64,000 bases of DNA from positions 4,338 through 68,337 of IMG/VR virus record IMGVR_UViG_3300028534_000001. One strand, 5' to 3'. The notes under the pieces are model-generated. The model was not told the origin of the DNA. It worked only from the letters and a program-made list of their open reading frames with translations, and did no database searches. Positions 15,186-26,015 of the stretch are shown here, one piece after another. The position numbers were made by a program, and so were the translations under genes. Origin of the DNA: a virus. Taxonomy: Duplodnaviria > Heunggongvirae > Uroviricota > Caudoviricetes. Position 1 is the stretch's first letter; each line of letters begins with the position of its first letter.

Positions 15186-16106
15186 TTAAAATAAATCTGA
15201 AATAATACTATTTCTTTTTAAACTCCAATTGATTTTTTCTAAAATAATTTCTAAACCACTCATTACTGTTTTTTCCCATAATGTTTCAATATCAATATAT
15301 TTTATAATATCAATTTCTTTTAAAAATTCTTCATCAGTATATGCTAAAACTTCTGCACCAAATGGATTATCTTTTTGAAGATGAATTATTTTTATTTTAT
15401 TACCATCCATTATTTTTTCAAATTTTTCTGTTAAACCTTTTTCTTCTATAATTTGATTATAAATAATAGCAGCTTTACTATTCATTGGTGCTGTTTGTAA
15501 AGAACCATTTGCTTTAATTTTACATAATCTATCACCTTTCCATTCATAATCTAATGAATTAACTCCTGTAATTCTAGAAATTTTCCCAATTTCTTTATAA
15601 TTTTTAGCTATTTCATAAAATTTGTCTTTTGCTTTTGACATATAATCTTGTAATTCTTTTTCATTCCCTAATAACATAATTTTAATAGCTTTACCTAAAA
15701 CTTCTTTAGCATAATCAGGTGTCGAACTTCTAACATATTCTAACCCTGTAACAGCTAAACTAGGTTCTTTTAAATATTTTGTACCTTCATCATATATTTT
15801 AGCAATAGCATATTTTTTCTTTGCTACCCATATACCATCAACTCCTATTTTCTCAACTTTAGCTCCTACGAATCCTATTTGATAAAAATTAAACATATCA
15901 GCAATATCTTTTACTGTATCATCAATTGCTGGTTGAACAATATTATTTATAAAAGTTAATATATTATCTATAAATTTATCTCTTTCATTTTCACTCATTT
16001 CATTAAAAGATTTTTTAATAGATTTTAAAAGATAATTTACATATTTATCAATTTTATAATAGTTACTATCAGTGTCAATATATAATAGTATATCTTTATT
16101 AAACAA
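15186..16106 (-). CDS. gp43: family B DNA polymerase, C-terminal subunit (gp43B-like)
   Basis: YIDTDS (motif C), AKKKYA, GLE.VRSSTP, C-terminal SIISDLF. Confidence 0.9.
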   Translation of the reverse strand: MFNKDILLYIDTDSNYYKIDKYVNYLLKSIKKSFNEMSENERDKFIDNILTFINNIVQPAIDDTVKDIADMFNFYQIGFVGAKVEKIGVDGIWVAKKKYAIAKIYDEGTKYLKEPSLAVTGLEYVRSSTPDYAKEVLGKAIKIMLLGNEKELQDYMSKAKDKFYEIAKNYKEIGKISRITGVNSLDYEWKGDRLCKIKANGSLQTAPMNSKAAIIYNQIIEEKGLTEKFEKIMDGNKIKIIHLQKDNPFGAEVLAYTDEEFLKEIDIIKYIDIETLWEKTVMSGLEIILEKINWSLKRNSIISDLF

Positions 16107-16668
16107 TTTTTTCTCCTTTTATAAATTTTTCCTTTATTAAAAATTTTTTTAAATTAGTTTCTATAGGAGAATTTTCAATATATTTTATTGCTTCTTGTTT
16201 AGCATTATACTTTAAATTTTGTAAATAGTCAAGAGCATTTTTAAAATTAAATTCTTTTTTACTTATAATTTTAAATTTAGGTTCTAAATCTGTCCATATA
16301 ACATAATCAAAATTTTTTTCTTTAGCAAAATTTAAAAATATTTCAGCAGTTCTTTTATCTCTGGTATGGATAATATTTTTATTAAAATCAACAAATCCAA
16401 TGTTTCTTATATTATTCCCCATATTTTCTCTTTTTGCTAATTCAATAATAGATTCATAAAAACCTACTTTAGAAATTGTATAAAAAAATGGTACTTCAGT
16501 TCCATTTTCAAAATCTATAACCAAAGTCAAAGCATTTTTTCTACTTTTTGCTACTCCTGTAAATTCAACTGGAATAGTCATATTAGCATTTTCCCATTCA
16601 GTAATAATACTTTTTAAATTTCTTGGTTCCCATATTAAAGAACCCCAAGCAATTATAGCAACTTTCAT
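16099..16668 (-). CDS. gamma-glutamylcyclotransferase-fold-like protein between polymerase halves
   Basis: IIAWGSLIW N-terminus, L..RE, VIWTDL; own promoter TTTACT-N17-TATAAT at 16691-16719. Confidence 0.5.
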   Translation of the reverse strand: MKVAIIAWGSLIWEPRNLKSIITEWENANMTIPVEFTGVAKSRKNALTLVIDFENGTEVPFFYTISKVGFYESIIELAKRENMGNNIRNIGFVDFNKNIIHTRDKRTAEIFLNFAKEKNFDYVIWTDLEPKFKIISKKEFNFKNALDYLQNLKYNAKQEAIKYIENSPIETNLKKFLIKEKFIKGEKIV

Positions 16669-16719
16669 TTATTTCCTTTTTATATTTATAATTATACCAT
16701 AAATAAAAAGAAAAGTAAA

Positions 16720-18588
16720 CTAAATTATCTTTTCTTTTTTATAAAATTCTTGAATTTTATTAGGAACATCTATAGCTGTTTTTTGAATTAAAAATCTTCC
16801 AGTAAATGTAATACCTGCTGCAATATCCCAATTAAAAAATAAGAAATGATTATTACTAATAGCACCATATAATGAATTCATCGCTAATTTTTTTGACATT
16901 TGTTTAATTTTTTTAACTAAAATAAATCTATTTATAATTTCTATATTATCTACTTGATATTCATAAACATTATCCCAAGTTATTTCACCATTTTCTATTT
17001 CAGAAATAACCTCCTCTGAATTTAAAATTTTACCTTTATTTTCTTCTGTATTATGAGCAATTACTTCTGCTAATAACATATGCTGTTTATCTTGTTTTCT
17101 ACCATAATATAAATTTTCAACTATATCAGCAATAATTCCTCTTTCATCTCTTCTATAAAAAGCAGTTCCAGCAAAAGATACATTATATTTGTGTGTTAAT
17201 TTTCTTATTTTTTCTTGTAGATTTTTATTTTTTAATAATTTAATTTCGTCTTGGTCTCTAAAATAATCATAAATTTCTTTTAATTCTTCTGGTAATTTTT
17301 CCCTAGGTATATATGTTGTAGCACAAACATTTGTTGCTTGCATAATTGATGGGTAAAGTGAATTATAATCTATTGACATAATCCAATTATGTTTTCCTAT
17401 AACAGGATCACCTACATAACCACCTAACATATTTTCACCTCGTTCTTTAGTAATATCTTCAGGAACAACATATTTTTTATCTAAAAATACTAATGTTAAA
17501 TAAGTTGCCCATAATTGAACTGTACCTAATGTTAAATCCCAATTTACACCAAAAGTTAATGCCATATCAACAATAATATTAAAAAATCCAAATTTTTCTT
17601 CTAATTTATCTAAAGTTCTAACATCAAAAATAGCATATTCAGTAAATCCATCATAATCTTTTTCATAAAATTCAAATATAGATGAAAATTGTTTATAACT
17701 TATTTTTCCTTCACCTTCTTTAAGATATTTATATGTTAAATATTCAAGTCTATAATTTGGTAATGAGTCAAAATTAAATTTTTTAAAAATTTCTAAATAG
17801 TCCATTTGATAATATCCAATATATTGGATATCACTAGTAACCATTTTAAATTGATTCTTAGGAGTATTTTTAATAAATTCATTAGCTTCTAAAATATCAT
17901 AAAAATTTATATATTCATCACCTTTTTTAAATTTAATATTAAATTTATATTCACTTAAAGGACTAAATGTAGAAGGGTCTAATCCTAATTTAACAGACCT
18001 AAAAAATATATAAGGAAAGTCGAAAAAATTACCATTATATGCTGTTACTACATCTGGATTTAATTTTTTTATAACTGTTCCATAAACTTCTAATAAATCT
18101 TTTTCATTTTCTCTTATTATAAATTTAACTTCTGGATATTTTTTTCTTAAATTTTCAGAGACATCTTTTAAACAAAAAATAATATCTTTTTTTGTTTTAC
18201 TATCCCTTAATTGAATATGTGTAATAGGAGCATCAGCATAATAAGGTAAAGGAAACTCTCTATTTTTTAAATCAATTGTCTCAATATCTAAATATACTAT
18301 TCTTGGTTCTTCAAAATTTTGTTTATTCCAATAATTTTTATATGTATAATTTATTACTGGATTTATTTTTTTTAAAATTTTTAAATCTTTATATCTATTA
18401 TAATAATTATCAAAATCTTTTTTTGAATTAAAATCTTTTCTAATATATTTTTCATCTTTGTTTAAAACATATGAATAATTACCTGAATTATTTTTTTCAA
18501 ATAATGAATAAATTAAATTGATTTTATTTAATTTTCCATTTACTCTTTCATAATAACCTTTTTTGGTTTTAAAAATTCCTGATAACAT
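16720..18588 (-). CDS. gp43: family B DNA polymerase, N-terminal subunit (exonuclease + motifs A, B; gp43A-like)
   Basis: DIET, YNGNFFDFPY, YAIFDV, DYNSLYPS, KLAMNSLYG, ITFTGR. Confidence 0.92.
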   Translation of the reverse strand: MLSGIFKTKKGYYERVNGKLNKINLIYSLFEKNNSGNYSYVLNKDEKYIRKDFNSKKDFDNYYNRYKDLKILKKINPVINYTYKNYWNKQNFEEPRIVYLDIETIDLKNREFPLPYYADAPITHIQLRDSKTKKDIIFCLKDVSENLRKKYPEVKFIIRENEKDLLEVYGTVIKKLNPDVVTAYNGNFFDFPYIFFRSVKLGLDPSTFSPLSEYKFNIKFKKGDEYINFYDILEANEFIKNTPKNQFKMVTSDIQYIGYYQMDYLEIFKKFNFDSLPNYRLEYLTYKYLKEGEGKISYKQFSSIFEFYEKDYDGFTEYAIFDVRTLDKLEEKFGFFNIIVDMALTFGVNWDLTLGTVQLWATYLTLVFLDKKYVVPEDITKERGENMLGGYVGDPVIGKHNWIMSIDYNSLYPSIMQATNVCATTYIPREKLPEELKEIYDYFRDQDEIKLLKNKNLQEKIRKLTHKYNVSFAGTAFYRRDERGIIADIVENLYYGRKQDKQHMLLAEVIAHNTEENKGKILNSEEVISEIENGEITWDNVYEYQVDNIEIINRFILVKKIKQMSKKLAMNSLYGAISNNHFLFFNWDIAAGITFTGRFLIQKTAIDVPNKIQEFYKKEKII

Positions 18589-18634
18589 ATTTCTCCTTTA
18601 TAAAATTATACCAAATATATAAAATTTGAAAAAC

Positions 18635-20053
18635 TTATTCTCCAAAATCCCATTCATCTTCTTCTATTTTAGATGTATCTATACCAGACAAATCAACTTC
18701 AGGTATTCCAAATGAATTTTCATTTTTAATATTATTCATAGATAAATCTAATTTAGGTGCTTGTTCGTCATCTACTCCCCAAAAAGAAGTTCTAGCAAAA
18801 TCAGCATTTAATAAAATTTTATTAAGTTTACCTGTATATCTATTTTTATCAAATTTAAACATAATTTGAGAATTACTTTTTAATTCTTCATCACTTAAAA
18901 TATTTATAAAAACATCACTAGTCATAACTACACCCATTGAATCTGATACATTTTCCATACCTGCTTCTAAATTGTTATAAGCACTTCTGTTTAATTGAGC
19001 ACTTGTTATAACAGGAATATCTAATCTTTTTGCTAATGCATGTAATTCTTCTGCAATTGATTTATAAAATGTATATAATCCTACATTCATTCTAACTCTT
19101 ATTGAATTCATAAGTCCTAAATAATCTATTATTATAAAATCAATTTTTAATCCATATTGTAATTCTATATCATCAATAATACTTCTAATAATATTAACAT
19201 CTAAACTACCTGCTGGATATTCTTTTACAAATAATTTACCTAAATGAGGTTTTATTTGGTCATATTTTTGTTTATATTCATCAAAAGACATATTATTAAG
19301 TTCATTTATTTCTATACCTAATAAATTTGCATCAATTCTTTTAAAAATATCTTTTTCAGACATTTCTAAAGTAAAATAAACACCATTACTTTTATTTATT
19401 GTTAAACCAGCAGCAACAGCACATTTAATAGCTGTTTTACCTGAATGTGAAGGTCCAGCAAATGATACTAAAGATTTAGGTCTTACACCACCACCTAATA
19501 CTTCATCTAAAACATTTATTCCTGTAGGTATAATTTTATGAATTTCTTTATATTCTTGAAATCTAATCTCTAAATCATCAATACTCATACCTAAATTTTT
19601 ATCAAATTCAACATTTAGAGCTTCTTCAAAACTTCCTATAATAGTATTATCTATTTTATCTTTTTTTAATTTATCTACTGATTGTAAAATTACATCTTGT
19701 AAATTCATTTTTTTAATAAAATTTTTAGTAAAATCTAATAAAAATTCTAAATTTTGAACTGGAGATTCTTCTTTTAAATTTTTTAAATATAATTTAATTT
19801 TATCTTTTACATTTTTATCATATTTTGATTTTTCTAAAATATATAAAGCTAATTCTTTTAATGATGGTTTATTTTCATATTTTGAATTATAATCTTTCAT
19901 ATTTTCTATAATAATTTGACTTTCTAAAGTCCTAAAATGTTTTTTATCTATTTTAGAAATTACTTTATTAAAATACCTTGGATTTTTTATTAAATGATAA
20001 ATAACTATTTTTTCAGGGTCTAAATTATTTATATGTTCTTTTAAATTATTCAT
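18635..20053 (-). CDS. gp41: replicative helicase gp41 (DnaB-like)
   Basis: GPSHSGKT, TLEMS, VKEYPAG, IIDYLG, SAQLNR, KNRY. Confidence 0.92.
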   Translation of the reverse strand: MNNLKEHINNLDPEKIVIYHLIKNPRYFNKVISKIDKKHFRTLESQIIIENMKDYNSKYENKPSLKELALYILEKSKYDKNVKDKIKLYLKNLKEESPVQNLEFLLDFTKNFIKKMNLQDVILQSVDKLKKDKIDNTIIGSFEEALNVEFDKNLGMSIDDLEIRFQEYKEIHKIIPTGINVLDEVLGGGVRPKSLVSFAGPSHSGKTAIKCAVAAGLTINKSNGVYFTLEMSEKDIFKRIDANLLGIEINELNNMSFDEYKQKYDQIKPHLGKLFVKEYPAGSLDVNIIRSIIDDIELQYGLKIDFIIIDYLGLMNSIRVRMNVGLYTFYKSIAEELHALAKRLDIPVITSAQLNRSAYNNLEAGMENVSDSMGVVMTSDVFINILSDEELKSNSQIMFKFDKNRYTGKLNKILLNADFARTSFWGVDDEQAPKLDLSMNNIKNENSFGIPEVDLSGIDTSKIEEDEWDFGE

Positions 20054-20152
20054 TATTTCTCCTTTATTTTTAAAAATTATATCAAATAATTTTTAATATA
20101 TTAACTTTTTTTAAATACTAATAAACTACTTTATTAAAAGGAATTTATTACA

Positions 20153-21178
20153 ATGTGTGTAATTATAGCTAAAAAAATTTATGATAAATTAAATGACGAA
20201 AAAAGATTTGCTTTATTTAAATTTAGAGATAGAGGTTATAATCCTTCTTATGAAATAAAATCTTATAATTATAAAAATATATCAGTATTATATCTTAAAG
20301 ATAAAAAATCTCAATGGATAGAAGGAATTAACGATAAAGGTATTGCTATTGTTTCAGCAGCATTAGATAATCATTCTGATTCATCTATAGGAAACACTAA
20401 TAAACCTAATGAAAATTTTAAAAAATATTTAAAAAAAGTTAATATAAGAAATAGCCAAATTTTAAAAATGGCATTAAGACAAACATCTATAGATGATGCT
20501 TTAAAAGTTTTAGTTGATTCTAAATTTATAGGTAATACATTTTTAACAGATGGTTATAAATTATATAGTTTAGAAATAGCTTTACCTCAATCAAAATTAC
20601 TTCAATATCAAGAAGATGAAGAAATATCATCTAATGTAGATTTTAAAACATTTTTAGTTAAAGTTATGCAAAATCTTGATGAAAAAGATTTTACAGTTTC
20701 AGTAAAAGATGAATCTAATAAAAATTTATTAGTAAAAACTAATCATTCTATAGATAAAAAAGATTTAGGTTATGTTAAAGGACAAAATGGTTATGAATCT
20801 TCTATAAATAGGAGAAAAATAGTATATAATATCCTTAAAAATATAAATTTAAATATTGAAGATACATTACATTTATTACATACTTTAGGTGATCCTTCAT
20901 TAAATAAAAACCCTGAATTATTACCTTTAAGATGTAAAGAAAAAACTCTTTTATCTAAAAAAGAAAAAGAAAAATTAGGGATTACTGATTATTATACAAC
21001 AGATTTATTAGCATTTTATAGAACAAATATGTATATTATGCCTTTACACTCAAAAATAGTAAATTTAGATTCTATGAAACTTATTCAAAAAGAGACAGAT
21101 TGTCATTTAATTATATTAAAACCTAATGCTTTAAAAGAAACAATTATCCAAATTAAAAATCATAAAGAAGCTTTATAA
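20153..21178 (+). CDS. N-terminal nucleophile (Cys) hydrolase
   Basis: M-C start, KFRDR, EGINDKGIAI, KTNH, SS..RR; TAAATA at 20112-20117. Confidence 0.7.
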   Translation: MCVIIAKKIYDKLNDEKRFALFKFRDRGYNPSYEIKSYNYKNISVLYLKDKKSQWIEGINDKGIAIVSAALDNHSDSSIGNTNKPNENFKKYLKKVNIRNSQILKMALRQTSIDDALKVLVDSKFIGNTFLTDGYKLYSLEIALPQSKLLQYQEDEEISSNVDFKTFLVKVMQNLDEKDFTVSVKDESNKNLLVKTNHSIDKKDLGYVKGQNGYESSINRRKIVYNILKNINLNIEDTLHLLHTLGDPSLNKNPELLPLRCKEKTLLSKKEKEKLGITDYYTTDLLAFYRTNMYIMPLHSKIVNLDSMKLIQKETDCHLIILKPNALKETIIQIKNHKEAL

Positions 21179-21603
21179 GCTTCTTCTATATTTTTTAACT
21201 CTTCTTTACTTAATTTACTTAAATATCTCCTAGCTACATTATCATTTATTTTAAAATACCATTTTACTGACTCTAAATATTTTTCATTTTTTATTTGTGG
21301 TTTTTTGGGATACTTTATATATCCAACTTTTTTAAATTTTAATATCAATTTTAAAATTGGAATTAACTTTTCAATAGGAATAGAAACTAAGTTTAAATTA
21401 TTCAATTCTTCTATTATTTTAGGTTCATTACTTAAATGAATTAAAAATAAATATTCATTTATTTTATTATAATCTTCTTTTAATAATGTCCCTTTAAAAA
21501 ATTGATTATGATATTCAAAAGGTGAAGGTTTTTTTGGTTTTTGTTCAATTTTTTCTTCTTTCTTTTCTCTTCTTTGTTCAAAAAGAGTATCAATTAAATC
21601 CAT
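21160..21603 (-). CDS. gp62: clamp loader small subunit gp62-like
   Basis: SPF..., YIKYPK, VKWYFKIN...A..YL..L. Confidence 0.7.
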   Translation of the reverse strand: MDLIDTLFEQRREKKEEKIEQKPKKPSPFEYHNQFFKGTLLKEDYNKINEYLFLIHLSNEPKIIEELNNLNLVSIPIEKLIPILKLILKFKKVGYIKYPKKPQIKNEKYLESVKWYFKINDNVARRYLSKLSKEELKNIEEAYKASL

Positions 21604-21613
21604 AACATTCTCC

Positions 21614-22165
21614 TTAAAATAAATTTATAGATTGTTTATTTAATACAATATTAAAAATATTTTCATCAATATTATATTTTATAAATTTAAATAAATAATC
21701 TACTCTTTTAAAAATTATTTTTTCTATAGTATTAAATTCATTTTCAAATTTTTTTGCTAAAAAATAAAAACTATAAAAACTAATTTTATTCATTTGATAA
21801 AACCTAAAAATTTCTTCTTTAGAAATATGTAAAGAATTTTCTAATATAAAATTTATATCTCTTGTTATAAATTCTTTAGGATTTTTTAATACATTTTTAA
21901 ATTTAAAATATACTTCTCTATTTTTTTTAATTTCATTCATTTTTTTTAAAAATTCTATAAAATTATTTTCTCCATATTGAACTATAGTACATAATGATAA
22001 AAATATTAAAAATTTTCTTTCATAATTTAAAAAAGGATTTAAAAAAATTTCATATTTTTGAATAAATTCTTTTTTGTAATAAACATCTTTTATTCTTTTA
22101 TTTTTTTCAAAACCATCATAAACAGATCTTATAATTTTAAAAGTTTCTATAACATTATTATCCAT
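21614..22165 (-). CDS. gp59: helicase loader gp59-like
   Basis: 183-aa basic helical protein; IF......KISF pattern; position next to gp33. Confidence 0.5.
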   Translation of the reverse strand: MDNNVIETFKIIRSVYDGFEKNKRIKDVYYKKEFIQKYEIFLNPFLNYERKFLIFLSLCTIVQYGENNFIEFLKKMNEIKKNREVYFKFKNVLKNPKEFITRDINFILENSLHISKEEIFRFYQMNKISFYSFYFLAKKFENEFNTIEKIIFKRVDYLFKFIKYNIDENIFNIVLNKQSINLF

Positions 22166-22452
22166 TAAAATAATCCTATATTAGCAATTGAACTTTGATT
22201 TGTATTTTGTTCTTTTAAATTTTTAATAATATCAGTTTCCATAATATATTCTTCTATATCATCAAATCTTATTTTATTGTCTTCACACAATTTTAATATA
22301 TTTTCAATAATATCTAAATCTTGATTTTCATTTATATATCTAGTTATTTCTTCATTTAATTTTTTAGATAAAATTTTTAAAATTTTAGTATTAGGAATAA
22401 TATAAGGCATATCTTTAATATTTATTTGTTTTATATCTAATGGCAACACCAT
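22165..22452 (-). CDS. gp33: late transcription coactivator gp33-like
   Basis: IIENILKLCEDNKI pattern; hydrophobic C-terminus IGLF; context. Confidence 0.55.
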   Translation of the reverse strand: MVLPLDIKQINIKDMPYIIPNTKILKILSKKLNEEITRYINENQDLDIIENILKLCEDNKIRFDDIEEYIMETDIIKNLKEQNTNQSSIANIGLF

Positions 22453-22461
22453 ATTAAACTC

Positions 22462-23415
22462 CTAAATTTTACTAATAAGTTTAGTTAAAAATGCCATTAA
22501 AGTAATTTCTTTATTATTAGCAATTCTATCCATTTCTTGATATCTTGCTAAATCAATTACTATTTCAGGGTGTAATTGACCTGGAAAATATTCTTCTAAA
22601 TTTTTCCACAACCAAGAATAAAATGAAGAAATATTATTCAATAACATTACATTAGATCTTACTTCTGCCCATTTTTTTAATTTAACTAATTCCATAATAT
22701 TTTTGTACTCATCATCTACAGCAGTATTTTGTAATTCTAATTTATTATCAAAAATATTATTTTGAAGAGCAATTACCATATTTCTCATAGAAGGATAATG
22801 TTCTTTAACAATTATTTGTAAATCTTTTTTATTATATTCAATATTTTCATTATTACATATAAACATCAATCTTTCATACATTTTTTTAGCAAGTTCTCTT
22901 TTATTTTTTGTAAATATAGAATCAAAATCTAATACTTTAAATCTACTCATTAAAGGTTCAATAAATCTTTCTTTATAATTACCTGTTAAGAAAAATCTAG
23001 TATTTAAAGCATATTGTTCTATAACTCCCCTTAAAATATCTTGAGCTCCTGCACCTGCTCCACTAGATGTAGTTAAATTGTCTGCTTCATCTAAAACTAA
23101 AATTTTCTTTTTTGCATTAGCACTCATTGTACTTGCAAAATTAACAATATCATTTCTAATTGTACTTACATTATTATTTTCTGAAGCATTTATCCATTTG
23201 TAGTCAGCATCTAATTCATTTAATAAACAATGTATAACTGAAGTTTTACCTGTTCCTGGGACACTACTAACAAAAAGAATATTAGGAATATTTTTATTTT
23301 CTACATATTTTTTTAATTGACTTTGTAATTTTTCTGGTAATATAATATCATCTAAACATTGAGGTCTATATTTTTCTTCCCATAAATCTTTAAATTCATT
23401 TCTAATTATTTTCAT
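22462..23415 (-). CDS. gp44: clamp loader ATPase gp44
   Basis: WEEKYRP, PGTGKT, INAS, LDEAD, AQ..LRG.IE, PL.SR. Confidence 0.93.
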   Translation of the reverse strand: MKIIRNEFKDLWEEKYRPQCLDDIILPEKLQSQLKKYVENKNIPNILFVSSVPGTGKTSVIHCLLNELDADYKWINASENNNVSTIRNDIVNFASTMSANAKKKILVLDEADNLTTSSGAGAGAQDILRGVIEQYALNTRFFLTGNYKERFIEPLMSRFKVLDFDSIFTKNKRELAKKMYERLMFICNNENIEYNKKDLQIIVKEHYPSMRNMVIALQNNIFDNKLELQNTAVDDEYKNIMELVKLKKWAEVRSNVMLLNNISSFYSWLWKNLEEYFPGQLHPEIVIDLARYQEMDRIANNKEITLMAFLTKLISKI

Positions 23416-23466
23416 TTATTCTCCTTAATTTTATATAATTATATCATAAAATTTTTAATTTTAAAA

Positions 23467-23832
23467 CTATTGAAATAATTTTTGATTTACTTCATCTAAA
23501 TTGATTTCTATTATTTTATCATTTTTATTTTTAGGATATAAAATTAACCATTTAGGTAATTCTTTACCATAACCACCATCAATTTCTATATGATATTTTT
23601 TACCACTTGCCATAGTAAAAATATTTTGATCTTTACCTGAAAATTTCCCATGTTCTAAACTATAAAATAAAGATGCATATACTTTAACAACATTTGATTC
23701 ATTGAAATATTTACTATCTATATCTAAACATTTTTTAATAATTTCTTTTTTATAGTCTAAATCTAATTTTTTAATTTTATTAAATGTTATATGATTTGCT
23801 TTAATTCCATCTGTTGTTAAAATATTTTTCAT
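23467..23832 (-). CDS. hypothetical early protein
   Basis: 121-aa ORF; promoter TTGACT-N17-TATAAT at 23858-23886. Confidence 0.6.
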   Translation of the reverse strand: MKNILTTDGIKANHITFNKIKKLDLDYKKEIIKKCLDIDSKYFNESNVVKVYASLFYSLEHGKFSGKDQNIFTMASGKKYHIEIDGGYGKELPKWLILYPKNKNDKIIEINLDEVNQKLFQ

Positions 23833-23871
23833 TTTTTCTCCTAATTTTTATATTATAATTATACAAAAAAA

Positions 23872-24105
23872 TTATAAAAAAGTCAAGATAATAGGAATTA
23901 AAATTGTAAAAAATATATCTAAAAAATCAAAATTATTTTTAAAATATAAATCATAAAATTCTTTCAAAAATGCTATAATTATTGTAATATATAATCCAAA
24001 AAATATAAAAATTAAAGTCCCATAAAAGGAATGTAACATATAGTCACATCTTATATGGAATATTTTTTCTATTTTATATAAAAAATTATAAATTTTATTT
24101 TTCAA
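23872..24105 (-). CDS. small membrane protein
   Basis: Hydrophobic segments, LH..., KEFYD, D..D pattern; TTG start. Confidence 0.55.
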   Translation of the reverse strand: MKNKIYNFLYKIEKIFHIRCDYMLHSFYGTLIFIFFGLYITIIIAFLKEFYDLYFKNNFDFLDIFFTILIPIILTFL

Positions 24106-24124
24106 AAAATATCCTTTAAATAGT

Positions 24125-25972
24125 TTAATAAATAATACTTCCTTTGTCTGTTTTTTCTATTTTAACAATTTTATCAAAAATTTCACTATTTTTAATATCG
24201 TCATTATGAGTAATAAGTATAATATTTTTTTCTTCAAAATTAGTACTTAAAATCTTTAAAATATCTTCTATTCCATCATTATCTAAACTTCCGTTAATAA
24301 ATTCATCTAATATTAAAATATTAAAACTTACTTTAGCTTTTTCTTCTGATAATTTTAAAAAAGCAAAAAGAATAGCAATAATTATTCTCATTTTTTGACC
24401 ATTTGATAATTGACCAAAATTTAATTCAGAGTCATTATATAATATGATTTCTTTAAATTTTTTATCTAAAATAAAATTATAAGGTAACCCAAACTTAACT
24501 ATATAATTATTTATATGATAATTTAATAATGGTAAATGTTTTTCAATAAATTGACCTTTTAAATTATTATCAGATATCAATTCTAAAAATTCATCTACTA
24601 ATGTAATTTTTTCTTTTAATTTAATAATTTTTTCTTCTAAATCTTTAATATTTTTTTCTTTTATTTTTATATGGTCATAATTTATTTCTTTTAATTGCAT
24701 ATTTTCTAATTGTTTTATATCAAATTGTTTAGCTTTAATATTTTTTTTAAATTTATCAATATTATTATTACATTTAATTATTTCATTTTTTAAATTATTT
24801 ATATTATTAGATATATTATCTATATCATATTTTTTTTGTAATTCATTTTTTTGATTTAAAGCTTCAGATTTAATTTTAATTATTTCTTCATTTAATTGTT
24901 TTATTTCTAAAAATAATTCATCAATATTTTTCTTTAATTCTTTAGCTATCTTTTTTTCTTCTTCATAATCAAAATCAAAATGTTGTTTTATTTCATTTCC
25001 ACATTTATCACAAATTATTTTTTCTTTTTCTGCTTGTTGATAATTTTTAATATTTATTTTTTTATTTTGTAATTTTTCTTGTAATATATTAAGATCATTT
25101 TCTTTAATTTTTATTTTATTTTTAATATTATCTATAGAGTCTTTAATTTTTATTTTTAAATCATTTAATTCTTTTTTATAATTTTCTTCTATTAAATTAA
25201 ATTTTTCTTCTATATCATTTAATTCTTCTTCTAATTGAATTTTATTATTTTCTAATAATTTTATTTCTTTTTCTATATCTAATATATCTTGATTATATTT
25301 TTTAATTAAATTATCTTTTTGATTTTGAACAATTTCATTATGTTTTTTATCTTCTTCTAAAGATTGTTTTAAAAATTCTAAGTCAGATTTAGAATTTTTT
25401 AGCATAAATTCAAAATTAGAAATTTCTTCATTTAAATATTTTTTATAATCTTTACCTTTATTGTTCAATTCATTAAAAAACGAAGTATCCATCAAAATTT
25501 GGAAAACTTCTTCTTTTTCTTTAGAATTTAATTCCATAAAATTTTTAGAATTTGTAACATTAGCACCTAAATATAAAAGTTGATTAAAAATAAGTTCATC
25601 AAATTGTAAAATTTTATCTAATTGTTTTTGATATTCTTTTATTGAAGAATTCATATCAATTAGTTTATTATTTTTATATATTTCAAAAATATTAGGTTTA
25701 ATTCCTCTTATAATTTTATATTTATCATCATTTATAGAAAAATTTAATTCAACTTTTAAATTTTTTCCACTATTTATATTTATTAAATCATTTATTTTTT
25801 TACTTCTTGCATTTTTTCCAAATAAAGCATAATATAAACCATCTGAAATAGCTGATTTACCACTTCCATTTTTAGCTGAAATTAAAGTTAATTTTCCTTC
25901 AAATTTAAATTCTTGTTCTTTTTGATAAGACAAAAAATTTTGTAATTTTATACTTTCAAAATTTATTTTCAA
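24125..25972 (-). CDS. gp46: recombination ATPase gp46 (SbcC/Rad50-like)
   Basis: NFLSY, NGSGKS, coiled coil with CDKC hook, LSNGQK, ILDE, LITH. Confidence 0.93.
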   Translation of the reverse strand: MKINFESIKLQNFLSYQKEQEFKFEGKLTLISAKNGSGKSAISDGLYYALFGKNARSKKINDLININSGKNLKVELNFSINDDKYKIIRGIKPNIFEIYKNNKLIDMNSSIKEYQKQLDKILQFDELIFNQLLYLGANVTNSKNFMELNSKEKEEVFQILMDTSFFNELNNKGKDYKKYLNEEISNFEFMLKNSKSDLEFLKQSLEEDKKHNEIVQNQKDNLIKKYNQDILDIEKEIKLLENNKIQLEEELNDIEEKFNLIEENYKKELNDLKIKIKDSIDNIKNKIKIKENDLNILQEKLQNKKINIKNYQQAEKEKIICDKCGNEIKQHFDFDYEEEKKIAKELKKNIDELFLEIKQLNEEIIKIKSEALNQKNELQKKYDIDNISNNINNLKNEIIKCNNNIDKFKKNIKAKQFDIKQLENMQLKEINYDHIKIKEKNIKDLEEKIIKLKEKITLVDEFLELISDNNLKGQFIEKHLPLLNYHINNYIVKFGLPYNFILDKKFKEIILYNDSELNFGQLSNGQKMRIIIAILFAFLKLSEEKAKVSFNILILDEFINGSLDNDGIEDILKILSTNFEEKNIILITHNDDIKNSEIFDKIVKIEKTDKGSIIY

Positions 25973-26015
25973 TTTTTCTCCTTTTTAAAATCATGTAAAA
26001 ATTAAAAAGGAATAG

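Noticed and set aside
15186-18588. Intron or intein explanation for the polymerase split
   Set aside because: No intein termini and no HNH/GIY-YIG/LAGLIDADG ORF; the intervening gene has its own promoter and the C-half has its own RBS.
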